From assembly GCA_934503195.1 (NCBI GenBank), contig CAKSVM010000001.1, positions 27,414-91,413 on the forward strand: 64,000 nt of DNA, written 5' to 3'. The translations under genes were made by a program, and so were the position numbers. This document shows positions 30,457-38,551 of the stretch, one piece after another. A model generated the notes under the pieces. The model did no database searches. It saw only the letters and a program-made list of their open reading frames with translations, and was not told where the DNA came from. The stretch is from an uncultured Eubacteriales bacterium (GTDB taxonomy: Bacteria > Bacillota > Clostridia > Oscillospirales > CAG-272). Each line of letters opens with the position of its first letter. Within the stretch, counting starts at the first letter, position 1.

Positions 30457-30487
30457 AGGACAGACGGATAACCGTCCGTCCTTTTTT
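30457..30487. terminator. bidirectional intrinsic terminator
   Basis: Stem AGGACAGACGG/CCGTCCGTCCT with TTTTTT on + and TTTT on -; lies between the tRNA and the end of the giant gene. Confidence 0.75.
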
Positions 30488-30499
30488 CGTTCTCAACGA

Positions 30500-30856
30500 T
30501 CAGTCAAGCTCCGGCATCCTGATCTCCGGCAGCGAAATCTCCGGAAGTTTCACCTCCGGTAAATCAAACTCCGCAAGCCCGCCTTCGTCCGCCATGATCT
30601 TCCGCACGCCGAGATTGTGCCACGGCGTGTCCGGAAGTCCGCCTTCCCGGTAGAAGCAGCAGTACAGAACGTCCTTCTGCGAGTTTGAAAGCTTAAGGTT
30701 CTGAATCGCGTTCACGACGCCGACCTTTCTGGCCTCGCCCTCGCCGCGGAGATAGACTTCGTACGCGTCAAGATAGTTGTCAAGCCCGATGTTCGCCTCC
30801 TCAAGCGAGTCGAGCTTTTTTTTTCGCGCTCTCGATAGAGTCAGCCGAGCCGAGAA
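30500..30856 (-). other. out-of-frame C-terminal continuation of the giant ORF (frame open 30856->30500, crosses the A9 tract)
   Basis: No ATG or RBS of its own (first start is GTG 30715). The frame is open through the A9 run at 30816-30824. The translated sequence repeats a motif seen just upstream in the giant protein. Confidence 0.6.
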
Positions 30857-33800
30857 TCATCTGCTCGAAGACAACACGCTTCGCGTCAGAGTTGCCATCA
30901 AGCCCTCGGAGATACTTCACCTTGTCCGCCCTTGACGAGTATGTCTTCATCTCCTTCATGCTCTCGTAGGCGTCGCCCTGATCCATACCGCCATCGACCA
31001 GAGCTTCGTACGCCGCCGTCGCTTTTACCGACAGCGAGCCGAATCCGTCGTCAACCCAATCGCGTCCGTACCTGTTGGCCGTCTTTCCGAAGAGTACCGC
31101 CTGCGGCAGCGTCGTCAGAGCGTCACCGACCGTCTTGTTCTCGACCGGATATTGCAGCTTCTTTCCGCCATCGTTGTCCCGCGTGTAGGATCCGCCTTTC
31201 GCGTACGCCGTCACGCCCTCGACCGCCTTCTTGATCTGCCCGCCGCCGAACGGAGGAATGATGTACGCGGCCGGCTTCGCGATCTCCTTGCCTAACATCT
31301 CCGCACGCTTGCTGAGAGCCTTGTCTCCGGTGAGCGCGTTTTTTATATTCCCGAGATCGGGAAGTGCCGACTGAATCGGAATTCGACCGCCGCCCAGAAC
31401 GCCGCCGATGAACGGCATCTCGGACGCGACATTTACCGCGAGATTCGATCCGGCTGCCACAATGCCCTTCCGGTCGGCCTTCACAATCTCACTCCACTTC
31501 TTCTTTCCGAACACAGCGTCGCCGACATCCGCGATTCCTGGCGCCTTGTATCCGGTGAGGTCTCCGGCGAAATCGTTGAATATGTCGATAGGATCGAGCG
31601 CACATCTCCGCCCGACGACAAGCTCGTAAACCTCGTTGTACAGCCAAGCCCCGAGACACATCTTCACGAGCATCTTCACAAGCTCCTTCGCCCACTTCGG
31701 GTCACGCGCTTTCGCTTCCTTCGGCAAATCCTTCAGGATGAACGCCAGCTGATTGTTGACCTCGAGCTGGTACTGTGTGAAGAGCTTCAGAACCGGGTTT
31801 GACGCGTGGAAGATCGTCGGCATGTCGCCCTTCGCGCGGTTCGCCATCAGCTTGTAGGCGAACATATCCGCCTCGCTCATTGCGTCCGACTCGGCGAGTC
31901 CCTTCGCGATGTTCTGCGCGTATCTCGCCCGGACAATCGTCTCAGCCGTGAAGCCGTCGATGATCTCCATCGGTTTCCCGAGCGTCTTCGCGAACTTGTC
32001 CGCCTTCGTCTGTACAAGACTCTCCGAGCCGAATCTGTTCGTCAGGAAGTCGGAACGCTCTCTGAATCCGTCGCTCTGCTTGTAGTTCTTCACCGTGTCC
32101 CACATCGCGTTCAGCAGCTGTTTCTGAGTCAAAACCGAACCCGCCTGAGTCAGCGGTACAAAGTTCGTGAGCCACGATCCCGGGTTCAGTGAAACCTGAT
32201 TCGCCGCGATGCGCTGTTCAAGCTTCTTCATGTTCTGGTACATCGACCGCCCGAGAAGCTGTTCAAACTGCCTGTCAAGAATCGACTTCTTCCCCGCGAT
32301 TATGTTCGTCCACTCCTCGAGGTTCACGACGAAGTTCGACAGCCTGTAATGCTGCTTGTTCTCGAAAAGCTCCGCGATCCGGCTGTCCTGCTCCTGCGGA
32401 GTCAGCGTCGAGTCGGCGCGCAGTGTGTCAATCTGCTTCTTTCGCCCCTCGTCGGTAGTCGAGTACCTGATCGCGTCGGAGAGCGCGCGGAGATTCTGAA
32501 TGTCATCGGTGTGATAGATGACATCCGCCGCGGTCTGAATGTACCGGTCGAAGCCCTCAACCGCTCCGGCCGTCAGCGTGAAGCCGTTGTACATCTCGCC
32601 GACGCCGTAAACCGAACGCTGCTTAACATTCGACATATACTTGATTCCCGGCCGGAAGGTGTGCGTCAGTCCGTTGATTGACGTCGGCAGCACGTCATTG
32701 TCAAGCGATAACCCGAGCCCCGACATCACATTCGCCAGAAGTCCGTCCTGCCCCGACTGATTGTTGAAATGTGGGAAATATCCGGCGTGATACTCGACCG
32801 GAGCGTAGCCCGCGAGTATCCGCGCACGGTTCAGAGCCGAGAAAAGCTCGTCGTAGATCGCGTGGAACCCGGTTATCGCGCGCTCGATCTTCGCCATATC
32901 CATGTTCCGGTTTTCGGCGAGGATCGTGTTCTGAATGTTCTTCCACTCCTCCAGCGTCTTTCCCTCGCGTATCGGCTCGCCGTTCATGTTCTCGGCGTTG
33001 CCGTTGCCGTTTTCGAGCATTTCAATGTTGCTCCGGCACTCGCCGAGAAGCTGAACCATCGCCGACTCCGAGAGCTTGTTTCCGTCCTTCACAGTCATGT
33101 CAAGTCCGAGAGCCTTCACCTTTTCACGCATCGAGGTCATGAATCTCTGCTTCATCGCCTCATGCTCGTGAACAGGTTTTACGTAGTTGTCGATAATCTC
33201 CTTTCCGAGCGCGTCGCCCTTCGAAATGTCCTCGATGTTCCGAACCATCGTGTTGATCGCGTACCCGAACCCCGTGCTCTTGTCCTTCCATGCCATGATG
33301 TCGCCTTTGGCGATCTCAGCGAGTGCCCGGTCGACGCGCACTTTCTTCTGCACCTGATGAACCTTGTTGATGTACGAGTTGATATTGTCGAGCTGCTCAA
33401 ACAGCTTCTTCACCTCAGCTCTGTGGTCTTCCGAAAGCGACTCGATGTCGACGTTCGCGTATTTCGCGCACTCTTCTGAGAGGTCCTTTGCCGTGTCGTG
33501 AAGCTTCATCATCTTCGACTCGAAAGAGCCGTCCTCGATAGCCGCGCTTATCTTGTCGGCTGAGATGTCGCCGCCGCGGTCATGCCGACGCTGTGCCCGA
33601 GCCGCCTTGTCAGCCGCTTCTTTGTCAAGCCGCGCCTTTTCCTTTGACTCGTAGTAATCCGTGACCTCCGCGACGCTCTTGTTCGCCTGGTCAATCGCCG
33701 TGTTCACGCGCGAGTGATAGAACTTCTCATTCTCATCCTTGTAGCGGTTCGCGTCGTCGACGATATTCCTTATTCTGCGCTCCGCGTCGGCCTGATAGTC

Positions 33801-36800
33801 GGCAAGCGTCTTCTCGGCGTCGGCCTGAACTTTCTCGATCTCGGCCTGCATCTCAGAGAGTATTCTGTCAGTTTCCGCCGCGTGTTCTCGCTGCATCTGC
33901 TGGAACGGCTCCACGACAGCTTTGAGAATGAACTTGTCCTCCCAGCTCTTCGGCCGCTGTTCGAGCTTCTGATACCCCTCTGCCAGCTTCACCATCAGAT
34001 CGGCGTGATCTTTTGAATAGACCTTTTCCCACCCCGAAAAATCGTAGTGAGATTTCTTCGCGAAGCTTCTCGCCGAAACCGTCTTCACAACGTCCATCAT
34101 CTGCGCGAACTGATCGGCCTCGTTCTCGATCTCAGCCGGGAAGAGATCCCCGAACTTCGACGAAAGCTCCATGTACCGCACGTCAACCGGAGTACCCTTG
34201 CTCCGGTCGGTGACAAGCGTAATCCGGCTTCCGACCGCCTTCCGGATTTTCGAAAGACTGCCGCCGAAATCCCCGCGCGCCTTGGGCGAAAGGAACATCG
34301 GAGTCTTGAATTCCTTCAGAACCGCGTCGCGCGTCGCGGCGTTGTCAACGTCCTCGACGAATCTGCTGTCCTGAATCTCGGTCGCGATCGCGTCAAGCTC
34401 CTTCGAGATCTCATCATTGCCCCAGATCTCTTTTCCGGCCGACTGTAACTCGCCCATCTTGTCATAAAGCGCGGTGAGCTTCTTCGTGATCGATCTCCGC
34501 TTCGAGTCCGAAATGTCGTCCCCCATGATCTCGCCCGCGAACTTCCGTACGAATTTCGCGTCGGGAGTCATGTTCGGCGAGGTGTGCAGAGCCTTTTCAA
34601 GCGTCTCGCGCGTTTCGGCCTTGCCGCGCTCGTAGGCCGCGTGCATCGCCTCGACGTTAAGCTCGCTGCTCTTCTTCGATTCGAGAATCTCGGCCGCCTG
34701 CTTTTTCAGATCCTCGTTCTCGGCGCGAAGCTTCGTCTCGCTCTCTGACTCGTTATTGCCGAAGAGGTAAATGTCAGCGTAGTGGTCGACGACGAGGTTC
34801 CCGAAGTCGTCCTTGAACCATCCCGTCGTCGTGAAGACATACTCGGGATTCTTGCCGCGCGCGAGCATTTTCAGAGCCTTCTCGCGGTTTATCGCCTCGG
34901 CGGAGTTAAGCGGCTTCGTGCCGTACTGACTGTCGGCGAGGGAATACTGACCGCCCATCCGATGGAACATGGCAATGTCAGATTCACTTCCCGTTCCGCC
35001 TTCAAAATACTGGTGAATGTCGTCAAGGATCTTCGCCGCGCTCGTTCCCGAATCGTACTCCAGACTCTTCACCGTGTTGCCGTTCGCGTCGTCAATATCA
35101 ACTATCACTTCGCCTCTGACTCGGTTAATGTAGCGTCGAAGAGCCGTTTCCTGCTTTCCTGTGGGCAGAGTCGCGAGATTTATGCTGTTCGTTTCAGGTG
35201 CTATCCTGATATTGCCTCTTTGCATGAAATCAACTTTTCCCTCGTATTGATCCCTGTCGTTATAGAGGTTTCCGACTTCCCTGTGGTCAACAACCCTCAT
35301 TCCTTCATCGTATCCCTGATGCTTGCCCGAGAAGTCAAGCTGAGAGCCGTCAGTCAGAAGGTATCCGGTCTTGTTCCAGTCGTAGGTCGTGCCGAAGAAC
35401 TTTTTCGAAGCCTCGGTTATCTCGTCGGTTTTCGCCAGCGAATAGCTTGTTTTGCCCGAATTTTCCTTCGCGGAGGTATTGACATTTTCGCCGGAGCGTG
35501 ATATAATATTATTGTCAGCAGACGTGAAGTTGCTGTTGGACACGGTTTTACCCGGGGTCTGGCTAGTAACGTCTGCTGATTTTTTGTTTATGTTTGCCGA
35601 GGAGAAATTTATAATATCATACAGAACGATTTTTCCGGAGCGGGTATACCCGAACACAGAATTAGCCGTGTAATCCCTTCCGCCTATGCTGATATTGACT
35701 TTACCTCTCGCGAACTGAACTATGTTGTCCTTTCGTTCATGATTCAGCGACTCATTCACATAGTCTCTCGTCGCCTTGATCACCTCGTCGGCTTTTGTAA
35801 GTACATTCAGCCGATCCGGGAATACCATGTCGCCATCGTTATTATAACCATTGCGAACATATCTGGCATATCTCGAATTCAGACTTTCACGAACGCTCGG
35901 ATTATTCTTTATCTCAATCTCGCTGTTCCCGAGCTTGACACTGACAAGCGGTATCTGAGCCTTGACGGTTTCGACCCATTTGTCTCTCGGCACGCCCTCC
36001 AGCACATCCCGGTCGATCTCAACATAAGGTGTGTTGCTCTTGTCGTATTTTATCGACATCCGGCTCTCGCCCTCTCCGAAGTCCCTTTTCGTCTTCCTGA
36101 GTGCCGCTGCGAACCTGTCTCTGAGGTCTTCAACCTGCCTTAATGCGAGCTGAGCGTTCCGCGCGTCAAGATTCAGCCGGTCGCGGTCGTACTGCCATCT
36201 CGCCTTGAAATCCTCCGCGAGCCTTTTCGCGCCCTGCGTCAGCCGATGCCAGAATCTCGTCGCGGCGTTCCGGTTCTGCCTTGCGAAATTCTCAATAGCC
36301 GCGTCGTCACTGAACATCGACTGCGCGACCTTAGCCAGCGTCTCGTTCTCACAGTCAGCGTCGGTAAACTCCTGTCCCATGTTGTCGTAGCGAACCTCGT
36401 ACTCGGCGCGTACCTGCTCTTTGAGCGCGTTCCAGTTTCCGCCCTTGTCCGAGATCGAACGTTTCAGAAGTCCGACAACCGACTCGTATTCGCTCGTCCC
36501 TTCGAGCGAATGCGTGAACTCATGCGCGAGAATCGTCCCGACGTTGTCCGTGCCCTTCGGATTCACATAAATCGTCCCGTTTGCGAACTTGCCGTTGACA
36601 TTCGCCTCGGTCGAGTCGAAGATGATATTTCTCCCGAAGACTTTCGAGAGCGTCTGAGCCGTCCTTATCTGCGAGTCGGTCGCTCCCGCGAGCCGTCCTG
36701 AGCGTTCAATGTCATCGTTCGACGCTTTCGCGCGTCTGATGCGGTTCTCCTGCTCGGCAGTCCTCAGAATGAAGTGCCCGTTTTTGTCGAACTGCTCGTC

Positions 36801-38504
36801 CTTCGGATTCACGATCGGCTCGGTCGCCTGTTCCGCTGTCTGCTCAGTCTGCGCTTTTTGTTCAATCGGCGCGGTCTGCGCGTTCTCAGCCGCCGTCGCG
36901 GTCTGTCCGGTCTGCCCGGGAGTCGTGTTGACCTGTGTCTGTTTTCCGGCAATCCTCGACGCGAGGTTCTCGGCATCGGGATTCACAAGTGCCCGACCTA
37001 TCTCCCCACGCTTGTGCCACGCCTCGCCCGCTCCGGTCATGACCGCGCCGGAAAGCGCACCGCCCGCGAAAGACACTAACGGATTCGTTACATAAAACTG
37101 CTTGAACGCCGTCCGGCAAGCCTCTTCATAATCCATACCGCCCTCGACAAGCTCGCGGGCGTATTTTTTCATCTCGGACTCGTCGCCCATGATCGACCCA
37201 TTCGCGATGTTGTTCACGTACTCGGTGATAAGCTCCTCGAGACCTTCCTCGGCAGCCGAACCGGCGACCGCTCCGAGACTCTGCCCGAGACTCGACTTCA
37301 TGGCGTTCCCGAGGAATCCCGCGATAGCCTTTTTCTCGCCGCCCTTGAACGCCGCTGCGACGTTCTCAAACGGAATCTTCTCCGAAGCGTATTCCGCGAT
37401 TCCGGCAATAGTTCCGAGCTTCAGCGCCTGATCGGTCGAGCCGCCGTTCCGCTTCACCTCATTCGCCGTCTTTCCGGCCGCGCCGGAAGCCATTACGACG
37501 AGTCCGGCCGCACCGAGCGGAATTCTCGAAAGAAACTGCGCCGTCGAAAGCCCGGTGTCCGCGAGGAACTTCCCGAAGGTCGGAAGATCTCCTGTCAGTC
37601 CCTCCTGCATTGCCGAAGCGTTCAGCATTCCGCGGTTCATTCCCGAGTAGGGATCGTTCGGCTTTCCGATGATCTTCGACCCGACGCTCGAAGCGAACGC
37701 CAGCGGCGTGGTGTAGGTGTCAAGCGTGAGCTGTGCCAGTCCCGCCCCGATCGTCCCGGCGGCTCCCGAGTCGCGCATCTTTCGCGTGTCGGCCATGGAC
37801 TTCTCCATTTCCCTCTCGGCCGTGCGTCTGTTGACCTCTGACGAGATCGATTCGAGATACCGCTTCGCGGCGTGAGGACTCTTCTCATACCAGTACGAGT
37901 AGGTTTTCAACTCCTCCGGAGTCATGTCCGAAGCGTTGACCCCGCTCATGTACTGAATTCCGGTCTGCGTGCGAAGACCGGAATCGTTGTTTGCCATCTG
38001 CTCAGAGAGCGTCGGCGCGAAGGTCGCGTAACCGTCCGCAATTCCGTTCATGAGATCGGCGTTATTGGAAAGTTGTCTCTGCCTCTGCCGCTGAATCGGG
38101 TTTGATTTTTCCTCATATCCGGCCGCCGCCGTCGAACCGAAATGCGGATCCCCCGCCGCCAGCCTCTCGCCGACGTCCCGGATTCCGGCCTGTCCGGTGC
38201 TGTAGGCCGAATCCCGCAGCCTCCCGGCAGCTGTCCTCTGCGCCTTCTGACGCTCGCGGACTTCCTTCCGCACCTCAGTTTCAAGCCGTCCCGACTCGGC
38301 GCGGCGGCCTTCTCCATAAAGTTCGACCGCCCTGTTCTGCTTCGCGAGTTCTTCAGCCGTCTTTCTCGCCGCCTGATAGTCGTTCCTCTCGGCCGCGGCT
38401 TTCAGCCTCATCGCCTTCGTCTGCGCCCCGCCGTCGATCTCCTCGCGCCTCACCAGCAAACCGAGGATTTTCATCCTCGGTTTTTCTTTGTTTTCATACC
38501 ACAC
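30801..38504 (-). CDS. giant multi-module protein (2,567 aa) with HExxH zincin motif; polyvalent-protein-like
   Basis: Single uninterrupted 7.7-kb ORF. HEFTH at aa 661-665 (nt 36510-36524), Gly/Ala-rich hydrophobic blocks, Q/T linker, long E/K/A-rich tracts. True start uncertain (GTG 38504, ATG 38474 or ATG 38411). Confidence 0.85.
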   Translation of the reverse strand: MWYENKEKPRMKILGLLVRREEIDGGAQTKAMRLKAAAERNDYQAARKTAEELAKQNRAVELYGEGRRAESGRLETEVRKEVRERQKAQRTAAGRLRDSAYSTGQAGIRDVGERLAAGDPHFGSTAAAGYEEKSNPIQRQRQRQLSNNADLMNGIADGYATFAPTLSEQMANNDSGLRTQTGIQYMSGVNASDMTPEELKTYSYWYEKSPHAAKRYLESISSEVNRRTAEREMEKSMADTRKMRDSGAAGTIGAGLAQLTLDTYTTPLAFASSVGSKIIGKPNDPYSGMNRGMLNASAMQEGLTGDLPTFGKFLADTGLSTAQFLSRIPLGAAGLVVMASGAAGKTANEVKRNGGSTDQALKLGTIAGIAEYASEKIPFENVAAAFKGGEKKAIAGFLGNAMKSSLGQSLGAVAGSAAEEGLEELITEYVNNIANGSIMGDESEMKKYARELVEGGMDYEEACRTAFKQFYVTNPLVSFAGGALSGAVMTGAGEAWHKRGEIGRALVNPDAENLASRIAGKQTQVNTTPGQTGQTATAAENAQTAPIEQKAQTEQTAEQATEPIVNPKDEQFDKNGHFILRTAEQENRIRRAKASNDDIERSGRLAGATDSQIRTAQTLSKVFGRNIIFDSTEANVNGKFANGTIYVNPKGTDNVGTILAHEFTHSLEGTSEYESVVGLLKRSISDKGGNWNALKEQVRAEYEVRYDNMGQEFTDADCENETLAKVAQSMFSDDAAIENFARQNRNAATRFWHRLTQGAKRLAEDFKARWQYDRDRLNLDARNAQLALRQVEDLRDRFAAALRKTKRDFGEGESRMSIKYDKSNTPYVEIDRDVLEGVPRDKWVETVKAQIPLVSVKLGNSEIEIKNNPSVRESLNSRYARYVRNGYNNDGDMVFPDRLNVLTKADEVIKATRDYVNESLNHERKDNIVQFARGKVNISIGGRDYTANSVFGYTRSGKIVLYDIINFSSANINKKSADVTSQTPGKTVSNSNFTSADNNIISRSGENVNTSAKENSGKTSYSLAKTDEITEASKKFFGTTYDWNKTGYLLTDGSQLDFSGKHQGYDEGMRVVDHREVGNLYNDRDQYEGKVDFMQRGNIRIAPETNSINLATLPTGKQETALRRYINRVRGEVIVDIDDANGNTVKSLEYDSGTSAAKILDDIHQYFEGGTGSESDIAMFHRMGGQYSLADSQYGTKPLNSAEAINREKALKMLARGKNPEYVFTTTGWFKDDFGNLVVDHYADIYLFGNNESESETKLRAENEDLKKQAAEILESKKSSELNVEAMHAAYERGKAETRETLEKALHTSPNMTPDAKFVRKFAGEIMGDDISDSKRRSITKKLTALYDKMGELQSAGKEIWGNDEISKELDAIATEIQDSRFVEDVDNAATRDAVLKEFKTPMFLSPKARGDFGGSLSKIRKAVGSRITLVTDRSKGTPVDVRYMELSSKFGDLFPAEIENEADQFAQMMDVVKTVSARSFAKKSHYDFSGWEKVYSKDHADLMVKLAEGYQKLEQRPKSWEDKFILKAVVEPFQQMQREHAAETDRILSEMQAEIEKVQADAEKTLADYQADAERRIRNIVDDANRYKDENEKFYHSRVNTAIDQANKSVAEVTDYYESKEKARLDKEAADKAARAQRRHDRGGDISADKISAAIEDGSFESKMMKLHDTAKDLSEECAKYANVDIESLSEDHRAEVKKLFEQLDNINSYINKVHQVQKKVRVDRALAEIAKGDIMAWKDKSTGFGYAINTMVRNIEDISKGDALGKEIIDNYVKPVHEHEAMKQRFMTSMREKVKALGLDMTVKDGNKLSESAMVQLLGECRSNIEMLENGNGNAENMNGEPIREGKTLEEWKNIQNTILAENRNMDMAKIERAITGFHAIYDELFSALNRARILAGYAPVEYHAGYFPHFNNQSGQDGLLANVMSGLGLSLDNDVLPTSINGLTHTFRPGIKYMSNVKQRSVYGVGEMYNGFTLTAGAVEGFDRYIQTAADVIYHTDDIQNLRALSDAIRYSTTDEGRKKQIDTLRADSTLTPQEQDSRIAELFENKQHYRLSNFVVNLEEWTNIIAGKKSILDRQFEQLLGRSMYQNMKKLEQRIAANQVSLNPGSWLTNFVPLTQAGSVLTQKQLLNAMWDTVKNYKQSDGFRERSDFLTNRFGSESLVQTKADKFAKTLGKPMEIIDGFTAETIVRARYAQNIAKGLAESDAMSEADMFAYKLMANRAKGDMPTIFHASNPVLKLFTQYQLEVNNQLAFILKDLPKEAKARDPKWAKELVKMLVKMCLGAWLYNEVYELVVGRRCALDPIDIFNDFAGDLTGYKAPGIADVGDAVFGKKKWSEIVKADRKGIVAAGSNLAVNVASEMPFIGGVLGGGRIPIQSALPDLGNIKNALTGDKALSKRAEMLGKEIAKPAAYIIPPFGGGQIKKAVEGVTAYAKGGSYTRDNDGGKKLQYPVENKTVGDALTTLPQAVLFGKTANRYGRDWVDDGFGSLSVKATAAYEALVDGGMDQGDAYESMKEMKTYSSRADKVKYLRGLDGNSDAKRVVFEQMILGSADSIESAKKKARLA
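38450..38494 (+). repeat. tRNA 3'-end-like TCACCA plus terminator hairpin; near-copy of the tRNA-Glu(UUC) 3' end and terminator at 40287-40327
   Basis: TCACCAGCAAACCGAGGATTTTCATCCTCGGTTTTTCTTTGTTTT versus TCACCACGAACCGAGGAGATTTTCTCCTCGGTTTTCGTTTT. Confidence 0.6.
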
Positions 38505-38551
38505 CCCGACGCCGCATAGAATTGCAGTAAAAACAAAGGGGTTGATACGAA

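Noticed and set aside
30500-30715. 71-aa ORF as an independent small gene downstream of the giant gene
   Set aside because: It has a GTG start with no RBS. Its frame is open a further 140 nt upstream through the A9 tract, and its sequence continues a motif of the giant protein. It is better explained as a frameshifted C-terminus.
37467-37490. P-loop-like string ASGAAGKT (aa 339-346) in the giant protein
   Set aside because: It matches [AG]x4GK[ST] but sits in a Gly/Ala-rich low-complexity hydrophobic block, with no Walker B or other NTPase motif nearby. It is probably fortuitous.
38461-38480. Hairpin CCGAGGA-N6-TCCTCGG as a dedicated translational regulator sequestering ATG 38474 of the giant gene
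   Set aside because: It is more parsimoniously the + strand terminator relic of the tRNA-Glu locus. Any effect on giant-gene translation is speculative and depends on an unknown true start.
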